Assembly (NCBI GenBank): GCA_965226885.1
Contig: CBDDEL010000012.1
Location: 96,001 to 160,000, forward strand
Direction of reading: 5' to 3'
DNA: 64,000 nt
Source: Opitutales bacterium
GTDB lineage: Bacteria > Verrucomicrobiota > Verrucomicrobiia > Opitutales > UBA2987
The notes beneath the pieces are model-generated. The model ran no database searches and had not been told where the DNA came from. It was given only the letters and a program-made list of their open reading frames with translations. Positions 21,180-31,174 of this stretch are shown in pieces. Each line of letters opens with the position of its first letter. Within the stretch, counting starts at the first letter, position 1. Both the position numbers and the translations under genes were made by a program.

Positions 21180-21659
21180 TCAGTGATGCGGATCCATCGG
21201 TAGTTGGTCTTTATCTGCATTCTCCTCCGTCTGGAACGGTTTTCCAGACAGTTGCCAAGCGATAAAGCCTCCATCCAGATGGTAAAGCTGCTTGAATTCC
21301 AACTTTTTCATCAATTTTTCAGCGCGTCGGCTGCGGCCTTTGGGCACTCCCGCCGCACAGTGCAGCAAATAAGTTTTACCTTTTTCCAGCTTGCCGATTT
21401 TTTCCCCGAAAGCATCTCCGTTAATATTGATATTTATCGCCCCCTCAATGTGGCCGATGGAAAATTCCTGCGGCGTCCTCACATCCAAAACGATCACATC
21501 TTTCTCAGCCGTTAACAATTCCAGCGCTTGGGCGGCATTTAGACTCGAAGATTTGGTATCCCTGGCGCCAGCATCAAATTCAGCCGATTTTTCCGCCACA
21601 GCGAATGGACTCGACCCTAACAACACAGCGATGATTATAAGTAGGTTTGTGAATTTCAT
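21180..21659 (-). CDS. Exported rhodanese-like protein
   Basis: LDVRTPQEF..GHIEGA, active-site HCAAG and LDGGFIAW motifs. Confidence 0.88.
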   Translation of the reverse strand: MKFTNLLIIIAVLLGSSPFAVAEKSAEFDAGARDTKSSSLNAAQALELLTAEKDVIVLDVRTPQEFSIGHIEGAINININGDAFGEKIGKLEKGKTYLLHCAAGVPKGRSRRAEKLMKKLEFKQLYHLDGGFIAWQLSGKPFQTEENADKDQLPMDPHH

Positions 21660-21720
21660 TTTTAATCTGCGGTGTCTGCGTTATAATTATCTTACTTAAA
21701 TCGTTGGTTTGTGCACAGGC

Positions 21721-23076
21721 TCAAGACTTTCTCAATTTCTTCAAGGTCCTGGAAAGTTTTTTCCGCGCTTCAGCAGCTTTCGGCATAGCGTTGTTCGAGT
21801 CCAGAGGTTTTTGTTCCTCAGGATCGGCCACGAGGTCGTAAAAGCGGCCGTCGTTATAGAGTTTCCAGTTTTTGGAACGTATCCAGTAAGTCCCCTCATG
21901 TTCGGTATAAACCCACTCGCGCGGCGTATAGGCGCCACCGGTCATCATCCCGGCAAAACTGTGCCCATCGATCTTAAAATCCGGCTTCGAACGGTCCGCC
22001 ATTGCATTCAGTGTGGGCAGAAAATCACTGAAATCAATAAGGTCTGAGGAAACCGAACCGGCTGGAATTTTACCTGGCCAGCGGGCAATGGTGGGAACCC
22101 GTGTTCCCCAGTCGTTGAAACTTTTTTTCCCGCCCCGAATTTTAACCCCATTCATCATCGAAAAATTAGACTCCGACAGGTATTCACCGTTTTCATGGCG
22201 GATGATGGTTGAGTGAGCGGTGCCGTTATCACTGGTGAAAAGGATAACGGTTTCATTTTTCAATCCAAGATCATCGACCGCATCTATGATTTTGCCCACG
22301 ATGCGGTCCATCTGTTCCATCATCTCTCCAAAATTATCATAACGCCCTTTCGGTCCGTAGGGCGGAGGCGGATCAAGGTCGTTAGAAACGGCATGGGACA
22401 AAGCCATCGAGTGATAGGCAAAAAACGGACTGTCTTCCTTATTTTTGTGCCGTCTCATAAAATCGATCAGAAAATCCGCATAAACATCCGGCCCGTAACG
22501 ATCTTTGACATCCTCTCTGAGACGACCGTTTTGCCAGATGCGCGGTTCATGGTAGCGGGGCCCTTCATGCCAGCCAAAGAGGCAGTATTCGTCGAAACCC
22601 AAACGGTGCGGGTGATCCGGTTCATCCTCCAGCTTGGCGATCTGCCATTTGCCCGCGATGGCGGTGGCGTAACCCGCCTTTTTCAGTTCGTGGGCAAAAG
22701 TCTGCATTTCCGCGCGCGCCGGAAAGGTCCCCCATTTGGGGTTACCCAGCCGAAAAGGGTATTGCCCGGTCATAAGACAAATGCGCGTTGGATGGCAGAC
22801 GGGCGCCGAATAAACGTGCTCGAAACGCATGCCCGCCGCCGCCAGTCGGTCGATACGGGGAGTTTTGTAGGATTCGCCCCCATAGCATCCGAGCGCCTCC
22901 CTCCCGACATCATCGAGCATGATCAAAAGGATATTCGGCCTCTCCGTCCCTTTACCCCAACTCTCCGCGGCCCGCAAAGTTCCGGCCAAAGGAAGCGCCA
23001 AACCGGCCTTACCCATGGTCCTCAAAAAATCCCGCCGACTCTTGTTTTTATTTATATTAATATTATTTGAATTCAT
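21721..23076 (-). CDS. Sulfatase with Tat signal peptide
   Basis: SRRDFLR signal, PNILLIMLDD, CHPTR formylglycine motif, GKW and FTSDNG. Confidence 0.93.
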   Translation of the reverse strand: MNSNNININKNKSRRDFLRTMGKAGLALPLAGTLRAAESWGKGTERPNILLIMLDDVGREALGCYGGESYKTPRIDRLAAAGMRFEHVYSAPVCHPTRICLMTGQYPFRLGNPKWGTFPARAEMQTFAHELKKAGYATAIAGKWQIAKLEDEPDHPHRLGFDEYCLFGWHEGPRYHEPRIWQNGRLREDVKDRYGPDVYADFLIDFMRRHKNKEDSPFFAYHSMALSHAVSNDLDPPPPYGPKGRYDNFGEMMEQMDRIVGKIIDAVDDLGLKNETVILFTSDNGTAHSTIIRHENGEYLSESNFSMMNGVKIRGGKKSFNDWGTRVPTIARWPGKIPAGSVSSDLIDFSDFLPTLNAMADRSKPDFKIDGHSFAGMMTGGAYTPREWVYTEHEGTYWIRSKNWKLYNDGRFYDLVADPEEQKPLDSNNAMPKAAEARKKLSRTLKKLRKS

Positions 23077-23081
23077 TTCAA

Positions 23082-24053
23082 TTACTCCCATAAATCTGTG
23101 CTTAAATACTTGAGACCCGAATCGTTGATGATGGTGGCGACAGTTTTTCCTATTAGCGGTCCTTCGAGCAGTTTAAGGGCCGCTGCGATGTTGGCTCCAG
23201 AAGAAAATCCCGCGAAGATCCCTTCTTTTTTGGCCAATTGCCGGGCCCAATGGATGGCTTCTTCATCCGAAACCGTTAAAAATCCGTCGATATGTTCACG
23301 GTTCAGGCATTGCAGATCGTTCCGGCAATACCCCCCGCCCTGAATCCGGTGGCTGGGATCGATAAGCGGCTTTCCGGCCAGAATGGCGGCGTTTTCGGGC
23401 TCCACCACGAAACACTGGATGGCCGGATCTCGCACCTTCAAAGCGGCTGCGCAACCGGCAAAAGCGCCCCCCGTTCCCACAAAATCACAAAACCCGTCAA
23501 TCGCTCCATCCGACTGTCGGATAAACTCAGGGCCGGTGTGTAAATAATGGGCCTTGAAATTGCCTTCGAGCAGAAATTGATCGGCCCGAAAGGCGTTTCT
23601 CTCACTGACTATTTCGCGGGCTTTACATTCGACCAACTCAAGATCGCCGCCGGACACTTTGCCCGCAGTCGAATCCGGCAATTGATCCACCAGGACAACC
23701 TCCGCTCCCAAGGCTGCCATCATGCGGGCTCTCTCCCGCGAATTCCCCTTGGACATAACGGCGACAAAAGGATAGCCCTTCACCCCACAGACAATGGCCA
23801 GACCGGTCCCCGTATTGCCGCTGGTCAGCTCCACGACCGTTTGCCCCGGCCGCAGGTCGCCGCTTCTTTCCGCATCCTCAATGATCTGCCGCGCAATCCG
23901 GTCCTTCTTGGAAAAACCCGGATTCAAATAATCAAGCTTGGCCAAAATCCGTCCTTCCAGGCCCAACCCGTCAGTCAACCGGCTCAACTCGACCAAAGGC
24001 GTGGAACCGATTGCCTCGATCGCTGATTTTAAAAGAATTTCTTCCCGGCTCAT
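23082..24053 (-). CDS. Cysteine synthase family PLP enzyme
   Basis: IGSTPLV, NPGFSKKDR, TSGNTG, VGTGG and GFSSGA motifs. Confidence 0.9.
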   Translation of the reverse strand: MSREEILLKSAIEAIGSTPLVELSRLTDGLGLEGRILAKLDYLNPGFSKKDRIARQIIEDAERSGDLRPGQTVVELTSGNTGTGLAIVCGVKGYPFVAVMSKGNSRERARMMAALGAEVVLVDQLPDSTAGKVSGGDLELVECKAREIVSERNAFRADQFLLEGNFKAHYLHTGPEFIRQSDGAIDGFCDFVGTGGAFAGCAAALKVRDPAIQCFVVEPENAAILAGKPLIDPSHRIQGGGYCRNDLQCLNREHIDGFLTVSDEEAIHWARQLAKKEGIFAGFSSGANIAAALKLLEGPLIGKTVATIINDSGLKYLSTDLWE

Positions 24054-24111
24054 GGATGAATCTCTTTTATCAGACCATTTAAAAGCGCTACAAATACCAT
24101 TACATTTAAAT

Positions 24112-24187
24112 TGGTGGAGCCGATCGGGATCGAACCGACGACCTCGTCATTGCGAACGACGCGCTCTTCCAACTGAGCTACGGCCCC
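24112..24187 (-). tRNA. tRNA-Ala (anticodon CGC)
   Basis: GGGGCCGTAGCTCAGTTGGAAGAGCG...TTCGCAA...GGTTCGATCC...CTCCACCA; 76 nt with encoded CCA. Confidence 0.97.
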
Positions 24188-24574
24188 ATGCCATGGGTGT
24201 TTAAATATGGTTTTATCCAGTAGAGTCTCACATCTCCCGAGTCAATCCGATGTTTGGGCAAGACCTGGAAATAAAAAATTTATTTTCATTAATACTTTTT
24301 TAAGCGAAGATCGCACCTTTAACAAACATAGCGGATTCCGGGCGGCAATGAAGCGGAATCTCATCAAAACCGACTGTTTGTAGCGGAAACACGGCGAACT
24401 TTACAATCGCCTCTTTCGTGACCGGTAGAAAGGGGTTTACGTAGCCTTTGCTGAATTTACCTACGATCATGTTGAACTGCAAATGACAGAGTTCGAGTCT
24501 TTCTTTTGGATGTCAAATTTCTGTTTACATCACAGCTGGACATTGAGTAGGAGAAACGGTATTGAAGGAATGCC

Positions 24575-26221
24575 ATGCCCCCACCCCCAAACCTCATTCT
24601 CCACGACACCCCTACATATCCCGACCAGCTGACCGTCTCCGCCTGGGTGCGGGCCGACGACGACCGGGCCGAGGGGTTGCAGGTGATCGCCTCCCAATGG
24701 CGTCTGCGCCAGTCGTTCGACCGCTTCGCAGGCTTCGATGCCAGTCACATCAACGGGCTGGAGACCTCCGGCTACTTCGGTGCTGTGTTCGACGGCCGCC
24801 ACATCTATTTCTGTCCCGAGCTACACCCCGACGGCGGTCACGGCGTGGTGCTTCGCTACGACACCCACGCCGATTTCCACGACCCGTCCGCCTACCAGGC
24901 CCACGACGCCAATCCCACCGATGGGCTGGAAACCCGCGGCTACTATGGCGGAGTGTTCGACGGCAACTTCGTCTATTTCATACCGCGCCACTGCGACGGC
25001 TACAACCACAGCCATCTGCTCCGCTATGATCCGCGGCGGGACTTCCGCGACCCGGCGTCTTGGAGCGCCTTCGACTTCGGCGAGCGGCAGGACCACCAAG
25101 GCGCGGCCTTCGACGGCCGCTATATCTACTTCTGTCCCGGCTATCGCCAAGACCAGGAGGGCAAGAGCCGCCTGTCCGGTCGCGTGATCCGCTACGATAC
25201 CCATGCGGAATTCTACGACCCCAACAGCTACCAGCGGTTCGACGCCGAGGGGTTGGACGGTCTCGCCGTCGGCTGCTACGACGGTGGCGCTTTTGACGGT
25301 CGGCACATCTACTTCATACCCTTGAGTACTGGCATCGCCCTGCGATATGACACCCATCGGCCTTTTGCGAAGGCATCGTCCTGGCAAACCCGGGACGGGG
25401 GCTCCATCGGCCTCGGCATGTGCGTCGGCTCCGTGTTCGATGGCCGATATCTCTATTACGTACCCTACGGCGACGGCCAGGGGCGGGTGGTGCGCTTCGA
25501 TACCGAAGGGGATTTTCAGTCCCTCGAGGCCTGGACCATGTTCGATGCCGGCGTTACCGATGGCCTGGACACCCGCGGCTTTGACGGCGGTTTCTTCGAT
25601 GGCCGTTACGTCTACTTCGTGCCATTTTTCTTCGATGGGCATTTCCACGCCCGCTGGCTGCGCTACGATACACAAATGCCTTTCGAGAACCCGGAAGCCT
25701 GGGCGGCGCATGAGGCTCCCTCCGCCCATGGGGTCCGGATCGTCGGCTACAACGGCGGCGCTTTCGACGGTCGCTTCTTCTACGCGGCGCCCTGGCGCAG
25801 CCGCTGGGGTAAGACCATGGCCGAGTGGGACATCCACGGCCGCATCGCCCGCTACGATACCCTCGGCGACGAAGGCGCCTTCAGTCTGCGCTACTGCGAT
25901 TATGGTCACAACGGCGGTCTCTGCGCGGCGGTGCCGGGACCGGCTTTTCTGGTCAACACAGCGCAGGGGATACGCAGTATCGCCACCCATCGTCCACTGG
26001 CGCCTGGACGCCACCATCTGGCTGGTGTTTACGACGGCGTTTCGCTGAAGCTCTATATCGACGGGAAAACGGCTGCCGAGCGGACCGCCACCGGTGCGTT
26101 GCTGGACTGCCAGGCGCCCATCGTCACCGGGCGCATCGAAGGGGGCGGGGGCTTGTTCCGAGGGGAAATAGAGCAGGTGGTCGTCGCCCGAGATGCGAAG
26201 TGGATCAAAAAGACCTGGTAA
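24575..26221 (+). CDS. LamG/ConA-like domain protein with inserted 7-repeat (GxxFDGRxxYFxP) beta-propeller
   Basis: Seven ~55-aa repeats flanked by LTVSAWVR and HHLAGVYDG..LKLYIDG..FRGEIEQV. Confidence 0.8.
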   Translation: MPPPPNLILHDTPTYPDQLTVSAWVRADDDRAEGLQVIASQWRLRQSFDRFAGFDASHINGLETSGYFGAVFDGRHIYFCPELHPDGGHGVVLRYDTHADFHDPSAYQAHDANPTDGLETRGYYGGVFDGNFVYFIPRHCDGYNHSHLLRYDPRRDFRDPASWSAFDFGERQDHQGAAFDGRYIYFCPGYRQDQEGKSRLSGRVIRYDTHAEFYDPNSYQRFDAEGLDGLAVGCYDGGAFDGRHIYFIPLSTGIALRYDTHRPFAKASSWQTRDGGSIGLGMCVGSVFDGRYLYYVPYGDGQGRVVRFDTEGDFQSLEAWTMFDAGVTDGLDTRGFDGGFFDGRYVYFVPFFFDGHFHARWLRYDTQMPFENPEAWAAHEAPSAHGVRIVGYNGGAFDGRFFYAAPWRSRWGKTMAEWDIHGRIARYDTLGDEGAFSLRYCDYGHNGGLCAAVPGPAFLVNTAQGIRSIATHRPLAPGRHHLAGVYDGVSLKLYIDGKTAAERTATGALLDCQAPIVTGRIEGGGGLFRGEIEQVVVARDAKWIKKTW

Positions 26222-26580
26222 TCCTCGGGCCCTTAAAACCGCATCTGTCGGGGCAATTTGTACCTATTTAATATCTCAGCATTTCGGCCGGATTGGCAAA
26301 TAGTGCGGCCTCCTTCCGTCAGCAGGACCACCACCAGGGTAAGAAAGCTGGCGTTCAAAACAGCGTCCAGTCTATCTTCCGACAGGTTGGCGAATTCCCA
26401 CCGTCAGCGCGTCATGGCCCAATAGGGCAACAAAACAAACGCGGCCATTTCTCCTTTTAGACTTGATTTGATGAAAAAAACCGCTACACGCAGGCTTTGT
26501 TTTTTCCAAAACCATAATTACACCAATCGAAAATTAATTTCAGAACGGAGAAATCATTCTCAAATAGAATACATAACCTA

Positions 26581-26985
26581 ATGAGCAACAAATCTTTAAA
26601 AAATAAAAAAACGACCGCCCCGAAAAAAGCGGTGAAGAAAACCGTGAAAAAGAAGGCTGCCAGAAAAACGGCCCCCCGCAAACTCCGCACATCAACCCGG
26701 AAAACAGCTCTGAAAACGGCCCAAGCGTCCATCACTACCGTCATCGCGAAAATCGATGTCGGTTTCGGCAATCAGCTTTTCATCCGGGGCAGCGGAGCCA
26801 ATCTGAATTGGGACCGTGGCATTGCTATGGACAATACCAACAGCGATGAATGGAAGCTCACCTCCAGCGAATTCGGGAATGACTTCGAGTGCAAGTTTCT
26901 CATCAACGACCGCATCTGGTCGGCCGGGGAGAACCTTACCCTCAAGGCCGGAAAGCAATTGGTGGTCGAGCCGAAATTTTCCTGA
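26581..26985 (+). CDS. Protein with Lys/Ala-rich histone-like N-terminus and CBM20-like C-terminal domain
   Basis: KKAVKKTVKKKAARK tail followed by DVGFGNQLFIRG..LNWDRG..W..ECKFLIND..W..GEN. Confidence 0.7.
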   Translation: MSNKSLKNKKTTAPKKAVKKTVKKKAARKTAPRKLRTSTRKTALKTAQASITTVIAKIDVGFGNQLFIRGSGANLNWDRGIAMDNTNSDEWKLTSSEFGNDFECKFLINDRIWSAGENLTLKAGKQLVVEPKFS

Positions 26986-27029
26986 CCACCTTCCATTTCC
27001 GGCCCGTCCAGTCCGGCTCAATGCTTCTC

Positions 27030-27692
27030 TCACTCGTCCGGGTCGGGGGATATTTCCATCATTTCCCTTTTTAAAAAGGCTGCCGCTTCCTCCACCGATT
27101 CCGCGCCCAGGGATTCGTAATGGGGAAAGTAGCGCACCTTCATCTCGGCTCTGGAGAAGGGCACCGGCAAGTAGAAGCGATCCCAGCTATGCAATCGCCA
27201 GGATCGCCCCAACCGGCCGGAAATAAGCATGATGGGCGCGCCCGATTTCAGGGCCACACGCACCGCTCCTTTTTTAAAACTGTAACGGGGCCCCCTCGGC
27301 CCGTCCGGGGTCAAGCCGATGTCTTTGCCCGATTGCAGTGCTTTCATCAACTCACGGGAAGATTCCAATGTGCGTTGATTGCTGGATCCGCGCACCGATC
27401 CGAGACCCATCAATGAAAAAAAAGCGGCCAACCAGGCCCCGTCCCGGCTGGCGCTGACCAATCCGCAAACCCCCCGGTGCTTGCGAAAGCGGCGAAAAAC
27501 ACTGGCCGCCAGAAATAGTCGATTATGCCATAGAATAATGACCGTCGGAGAATCCTTGCGCGTTAATATTTCCAATTCATGAGGGTCAATGCGGAGCCGG
27601 ATGGTGGCCCCCCAGAGACGCACCAGAACGCTCAAAGGCCATAATGCCAGCTTGCGCCAACCAGAAATTTCATATACAGGCTCAGGCTCCAT
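27030..27692 (-). CDS. DUF374 / lysophospholipid acyltransferase family protein
   Basis: LWHNR, SASRDG, VRGSS, TPDGPRGP and SWDRF motifs. Confidence 0.9.
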   Translation of the reverse strand: MEPEPVYEISGWRKLALWPLSVLVRLWGATIRLRIDPHELEILTRKDSPTVIILWHNRLFLAASVFRRFRKHRGVCGLVSASRDGAWLAAFFSLMGLGSVRGSSNQRTLESSRELMKALQSGKDIGLTPDGPRGPRYSFKKGAVRVALKSGAPIMLISGRLGRSWRLHSWDRFYLPVPFSRAEMKVRYFPHYESLGAESVEEAAAFLKREMMEISPDPDE

Positions 27693-27812
27693 TCAAAAAA
27701 TCTGCGTTTACATTTACATTTACAGGATTTAGCCGACTTTTGGTCAAAAGCAAACCCTTAGCCATCGAAGGCTTCTCCCTCGGCTCCTCAAGACCAAAGC
27801 GGCGCCCACATC

Positions 27813-28361
27813 ATGCCCGATTCACCCCAACCATGCCCCCACCTCCCGCCGGCCTTGCCCGATATGGATTGGAGGTGCCTGCATGCCTTCGGCAAAATCC
27901 GCGATATTGAGTTTTACCTTATGGCCTTGCGTTACGCCCAATACCTTTGGCTCCATGACTCTCCGGCCAGGGCGATCCTATCCATGACCCGTGCACTCTA
28001 TGCGGAACTCGATGGATGTGAGGAACAATTGACTCGATGGCCCCTGCCCTACTGCGCCTTGCAGTGGTTTCTATTAAACTACCGGGAGGACTACGGGTTT
28101 TTGGGCAATCCGCGAATCAGCTACCAGCACCAGGCGGGCCGCATTCGGGGCCGGAGGCAGCAACGGCTATCCTGGCGAGCCTGGGCCTGCTGGCAAATTG
28201 TCAGGCAAGCCAGGCCGGACTTCGCAGCGGACCACAAACACCACATCGAAGAGCCGCAAAAAAACGACATTTTAACAGGCCTGAAAAAGCACGGAATCGC
28301 CCGTGAACCAGAAATCTGGCAGACCGTGGTGGACAATCGAGTAACCGCCAGCACAAAATAG
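27813..28361 (+). CDS. Hypothetical protein
   Basis: 182-aa ORF filling the intergenic space with protein-like composition (FLGNPRISYQHQA). Confidence 0.65.
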   Translation: MPDSPQPCPHLPPALPDMDWRCLHAFGKIRDIEFYLMALRYAQYLWLHDSPARAILSMTRALYAELDGCEEQLTRWPLPYCALQWFLLNYREDYGFLGNPRISYQHQAGRIRGRRQQRLSWRAWACWQIVRQARPDFAADHKHHIEEPQKNDILTGLKKHGIAREPEIWQTVVDNRVTASTK

Positions 28362-28410
28362 CCGAACCATCCGGGGCCGCGCGCCAACCGGTATAAGGTT
28401 AAGCTTCATG

Positions 28411-29330
28411 TCAGAAGCTTTTGAACCTGCCCTTATAACGGTGGACCAGTTCCCGCATTTCCCGGGAATTATTTTCTTTCATCCCAAACCCGATAAAATG
28501 AATGCGCGCCTTCTTCTCCAAGTTTCGCTGATAGCTTTCCAAATCCTCGGAAAGTTCGCTCCAGGGCACATTCTCATAGCGTTTATCAGGATGGTTCCGC
28601 TGAAAAGATCCATCCGAAATAATCAGGACGACATCGGGATTAAACTGAAAAGCCGCCCCCAAAACCGATTGAATCCCATTCGGATCCTTCAACGTCCAAT
28701 TACGCCCACTATTACCCGTGGTCTTGAACTCGGTGCGGAGCCATTCCCGGGCCGCCTTTTTGTTGCTCTTGGTAGCCGCAACCAGGTATTCGGCAAAAAG
28801 ATCGTATCGACGGCTGAATTGGATAAGGGCAAATAGACTGTTGGCATTGAGGCTGCCCACGACACTGGCTGTTTCATCCCGGACCCTCAAAATATCCATG
28901 CCACTTTTGGCCATGTTATCGACCACCGAACTAGAAATATCAAAAGCAATCACCAGGCGTTTGGCTTCATCCGAAATACCCAGAATGGAAAATTTGGAAA
29001 CCTCCAAACTCAAGTCCTCCATACCGCTCAACAACCCGCTCCGTCCCAGCAAGGATTCCCCTAATTGCGGGCTTAAACCGCTACTCAAAACCCTTGCATC
29101 CATAAATGGCAGTTGCGGTAGGGTGGGCAAAGAATCGGGTAGCAAATTATCCGAAGTCAGCCTGCTCAGCAAAGCTGGCGGATTCGAAAGCTGCCGCAAT
29201 TCAGCCAACGTGGCCCGATGCTCCAATTCCCTCTGGGGAAGGTAAATGGTCTTCCTGGCCACAAATACAGGTTCAGGACTAAACCGGGGAACGAAAACCA
29301 CCACAAACCCCGTGCCGGCCAGAAGCAATG
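28411..29330 (-). pseudogene. vWA-domain protein, 5' end truncated by IS3
   Basis: MIDAS-like FDISSS, IISDG and IHFIGFG motifs; frame runs into the IS3 end at 29331. Confidence 0.75.
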
Positions 29331-29393
29331 TGACGTGTACTGGATTTGTTGGACACGGGATTCTCTTATATTCATTGTTTATTGATTAGTGTG

Positions 29394-30311
29394 TCAGGCG
29401 GCTTGTTTTGGTAAAGGGTTTTGTTTTCTCGTTGCCCCCCATGGGGGGCAAATATTTTCCTCGAATTGGACTGGGCTTTGGTAACTCAGAGAGGAATGTT
29501 TGCGATATCGGTTGTAGAAGATTTCCACGTATTCGAAGACAGTTGATCGCAGTTCGCGCTCGTCGGCAAAGTGGCGGCCTCGAATCGTGCTGGTCTTGAA
29601 GCGGCCGTAGAACGATTCCATGGCCGCGTTGTCGTAGCAGTTGCCTTGGGCGCTCATGCTCGGCTTCATGCCTAGTTCAGAGACCAGCCTCTGATAGTCG
29701 TCGCTGGCGTAGGGGCTGCCCCGATCGCTGTGATGAATAATCCCGGTGCGCAGTGTGCCGCGGGTCATGGCCGCGGCTTTGAGGGCCTTGCCAACCAGCT
29801 TCGCGTCGTTGTGGTTGGAAACGCTCCAGCCCAGCAGGCGTCGGCTGAACAGGTCCATCACCGTGGCCAAGTACATCCAACCGGCCAGGGTCCGTAGGTA
29901 GGTCGTGTCCGCCACCCAGACCTCGTCGATATGGGTCGGCTGGCCATGCTTTTTAAGCACATTGGGGCTGTAACCATAGGGATGGTTACTGTTGGTTTTT
30001 AATGGCTTAAAGCGTTTACTCTGGGTGCTTTTGATTCCCATTTCACGCATCAGATGCAGAGCCCGGTCACGGCCGCAATCGATGCCCTCATCATCCTTCA
30101 GATGGCGGTGCATTGGCCGATGCCCATAGCGGCCCTTGGCCTCTTTGTGTACCTTCAGGATCGCCCCCTTGATTCCCTCGTCCTCGATCCGCCGGGCCGA
30201 GGGCGCTCGGTGCCTCCAGCAGTAATAGCCACTGCGACAAATCCCCATCGCCGAGCATATTTCCTCGATCTTGAAGCGCCCCTCGTTGTCTTTGACAAAC
30301 TGGTACTTCAT
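29394..30311 (-). CDS. IS3 transposase OrfB (DDE integrase core)
   Basis: WVADTTY, MDLFSRR, HHSDRGS and DNAAMESF motifs. Confidence 0.92.
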   Translation of the reverse strand: MKYQFVKDNEGRFKIEEICSAMGICRSGYYCWRHRAPSARRIEDEGIKGAILKVHKEAKGRYGHRPMHRHLKDDEGIDCGRDRALHLMREMGIKSTQSKRFKPLKTNSNHPYGYSPNVLKKHGQPTHIDEVWVADTTYLRTLAGWMYLATVMDLFSRRLLGWSVSNHNDAKLVGKALKAAAMTRGTLRTGIIHHSDRGSPYASDDYQRLVSELGMKPSMSAQGNCYDNAAMESFYGRFKTSTIRGRHFADERELRSTVFEYVEIFYNRYRKHSSLSYQSPVQFEENICPPWGATRKQNPLPKQAA

Positions 30312-30619
30312 TGTTCGTCCTTGGCAAAGTAGCCCACCGTTTTTTTTAGTATCTGGTTGATCCGCTCCGAGCGGCGCAGCTCTTTGCGAAGACGATCTAT
30401 CTCGGCCGCCATCTCCTTCGGACTGCTCTGTCGCTTTGAGGTGGCTTCGCCCTGCTGATCGTCCAGATAGAGCCTCTTCCACCTATACAATTGGTTGGTG
30501 TTGACCCCAAGTTTGGTCGATACCTCGGTGGCGCTCAGACCATCGAGTATCATCAGTTGAACTGCCTCATTTTTGAACTCTATACTAAAGCGTCTTCTTC
30601 CCATGCTTCGATTCTCCAT
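30308..30619 (-). CDS. IS3 transposase OrfA
   Basis: RRRFSIEFKNEAV HTH-type start; ATGA overlap with orfB. Confidence 0.9.
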   Translation of the reverse strand: MENRSMGRRRFSIEFKNEAVQLMILDGLSATEVSTKLGVNTNQLYRWKRLYLDDQQGEATSKRQSSPKEMAAEIDRLRKELRRSERINQILKKTVGYFAKDEQ

Positions 30620-30801
30620 TTAGGAGAATCTCGTGTCCACTTGCGTCTTCTTCCCATGCTTCGATTCTCCATTTAGGAGAATCTCGTGTCCACTTGCGTC
30701 TTCTTCCCATGCTTCGATTCTCCATTTAGGAGAATCTCGTGTCCACTTGCGTCTTCTTCCCATGCTTCGATTCTCCATTTAGGAGAATCTCGTGTCCACT
30801 T
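30590..30801. repeat. Four exact tandem copies of a 53-bp unit at the IS3 left end
   Basis: Units start at 30590, 30643, 30696 and 30749; the sister IS at 48059-49387 has a single copy. Confidence 0.95.
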
Positions 30802-30817
30802 TTTCCAGTGCACATCA

Positions 30818-30962
30818 CTACCGAACCAATGGGGGAAAGGGGGCAGTGTCTCTACACCCTGAAAAACACCTAAAAATCAAGACGATCTGCTCAAAATACA
30901 AAGAAATCCATCTCCAATAGCAATAACACGAGCCAAACTTTACCCTTCATGAAATATCCGGG
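30818..30962 (+). mobile_element. IS1380 type A right-end remnant
   Basis: Matches the last ~145 bp of the copy at 44306-45872 and ends atatccggg. Confidence 0.92.
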
Positions 30963-31174
30963 CTAAGACACTTATGGTTGTTAGTAACAGAAGTGATGTA
31001 ACGATTGTTTTCATTTTAAGATATTATTTAGCGTGAATTTTTCATGGTATGGGGACTATCTTATCAAGAACTTCTAGATTTGGCTAATACCCTGATCTTG
31101 CCATTGGCATGCATTTTTCGTATACCCCAGTATTGATGTTGCCCTGGAATCATTCCTCAAATAATTTCAGTCTT

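Larger units (their letters stand above)
29331..30817 (-). mobile_element. IS3-family element (type A)
   Basis: Inverted repeats tgacgtgtactgga..ggacac / gtgtccac..tccagtgcacatca; flanks atg and cta do not match. Confidence 0.95.

Noticed and set aside
24112..24187. tRNA as prophage or island attachment site
   Set aside because: No integrase and no duplicated tRNA 3' end were seen in the window.
24340..24560. Degraded REP-associated tyrosine transposase fragment (RKHGELYNRLFRDR*KGVYV)
   Set aside because: Only a vague motif resemblance with two stop codons; not supportable without a search.
24821..26017. Long antisense ORFs (also 56704-57936, 46135-46980, 22213-23070, 54960-55742)
   Set aside because: Shadows of well-supported genes on the opposite strand in GC-rich DNA.
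30590..30801. CRISPR array
   Set aside because: Units are identical end to end with no spacers, derive from the IS3 left end, and no cas genes are present.
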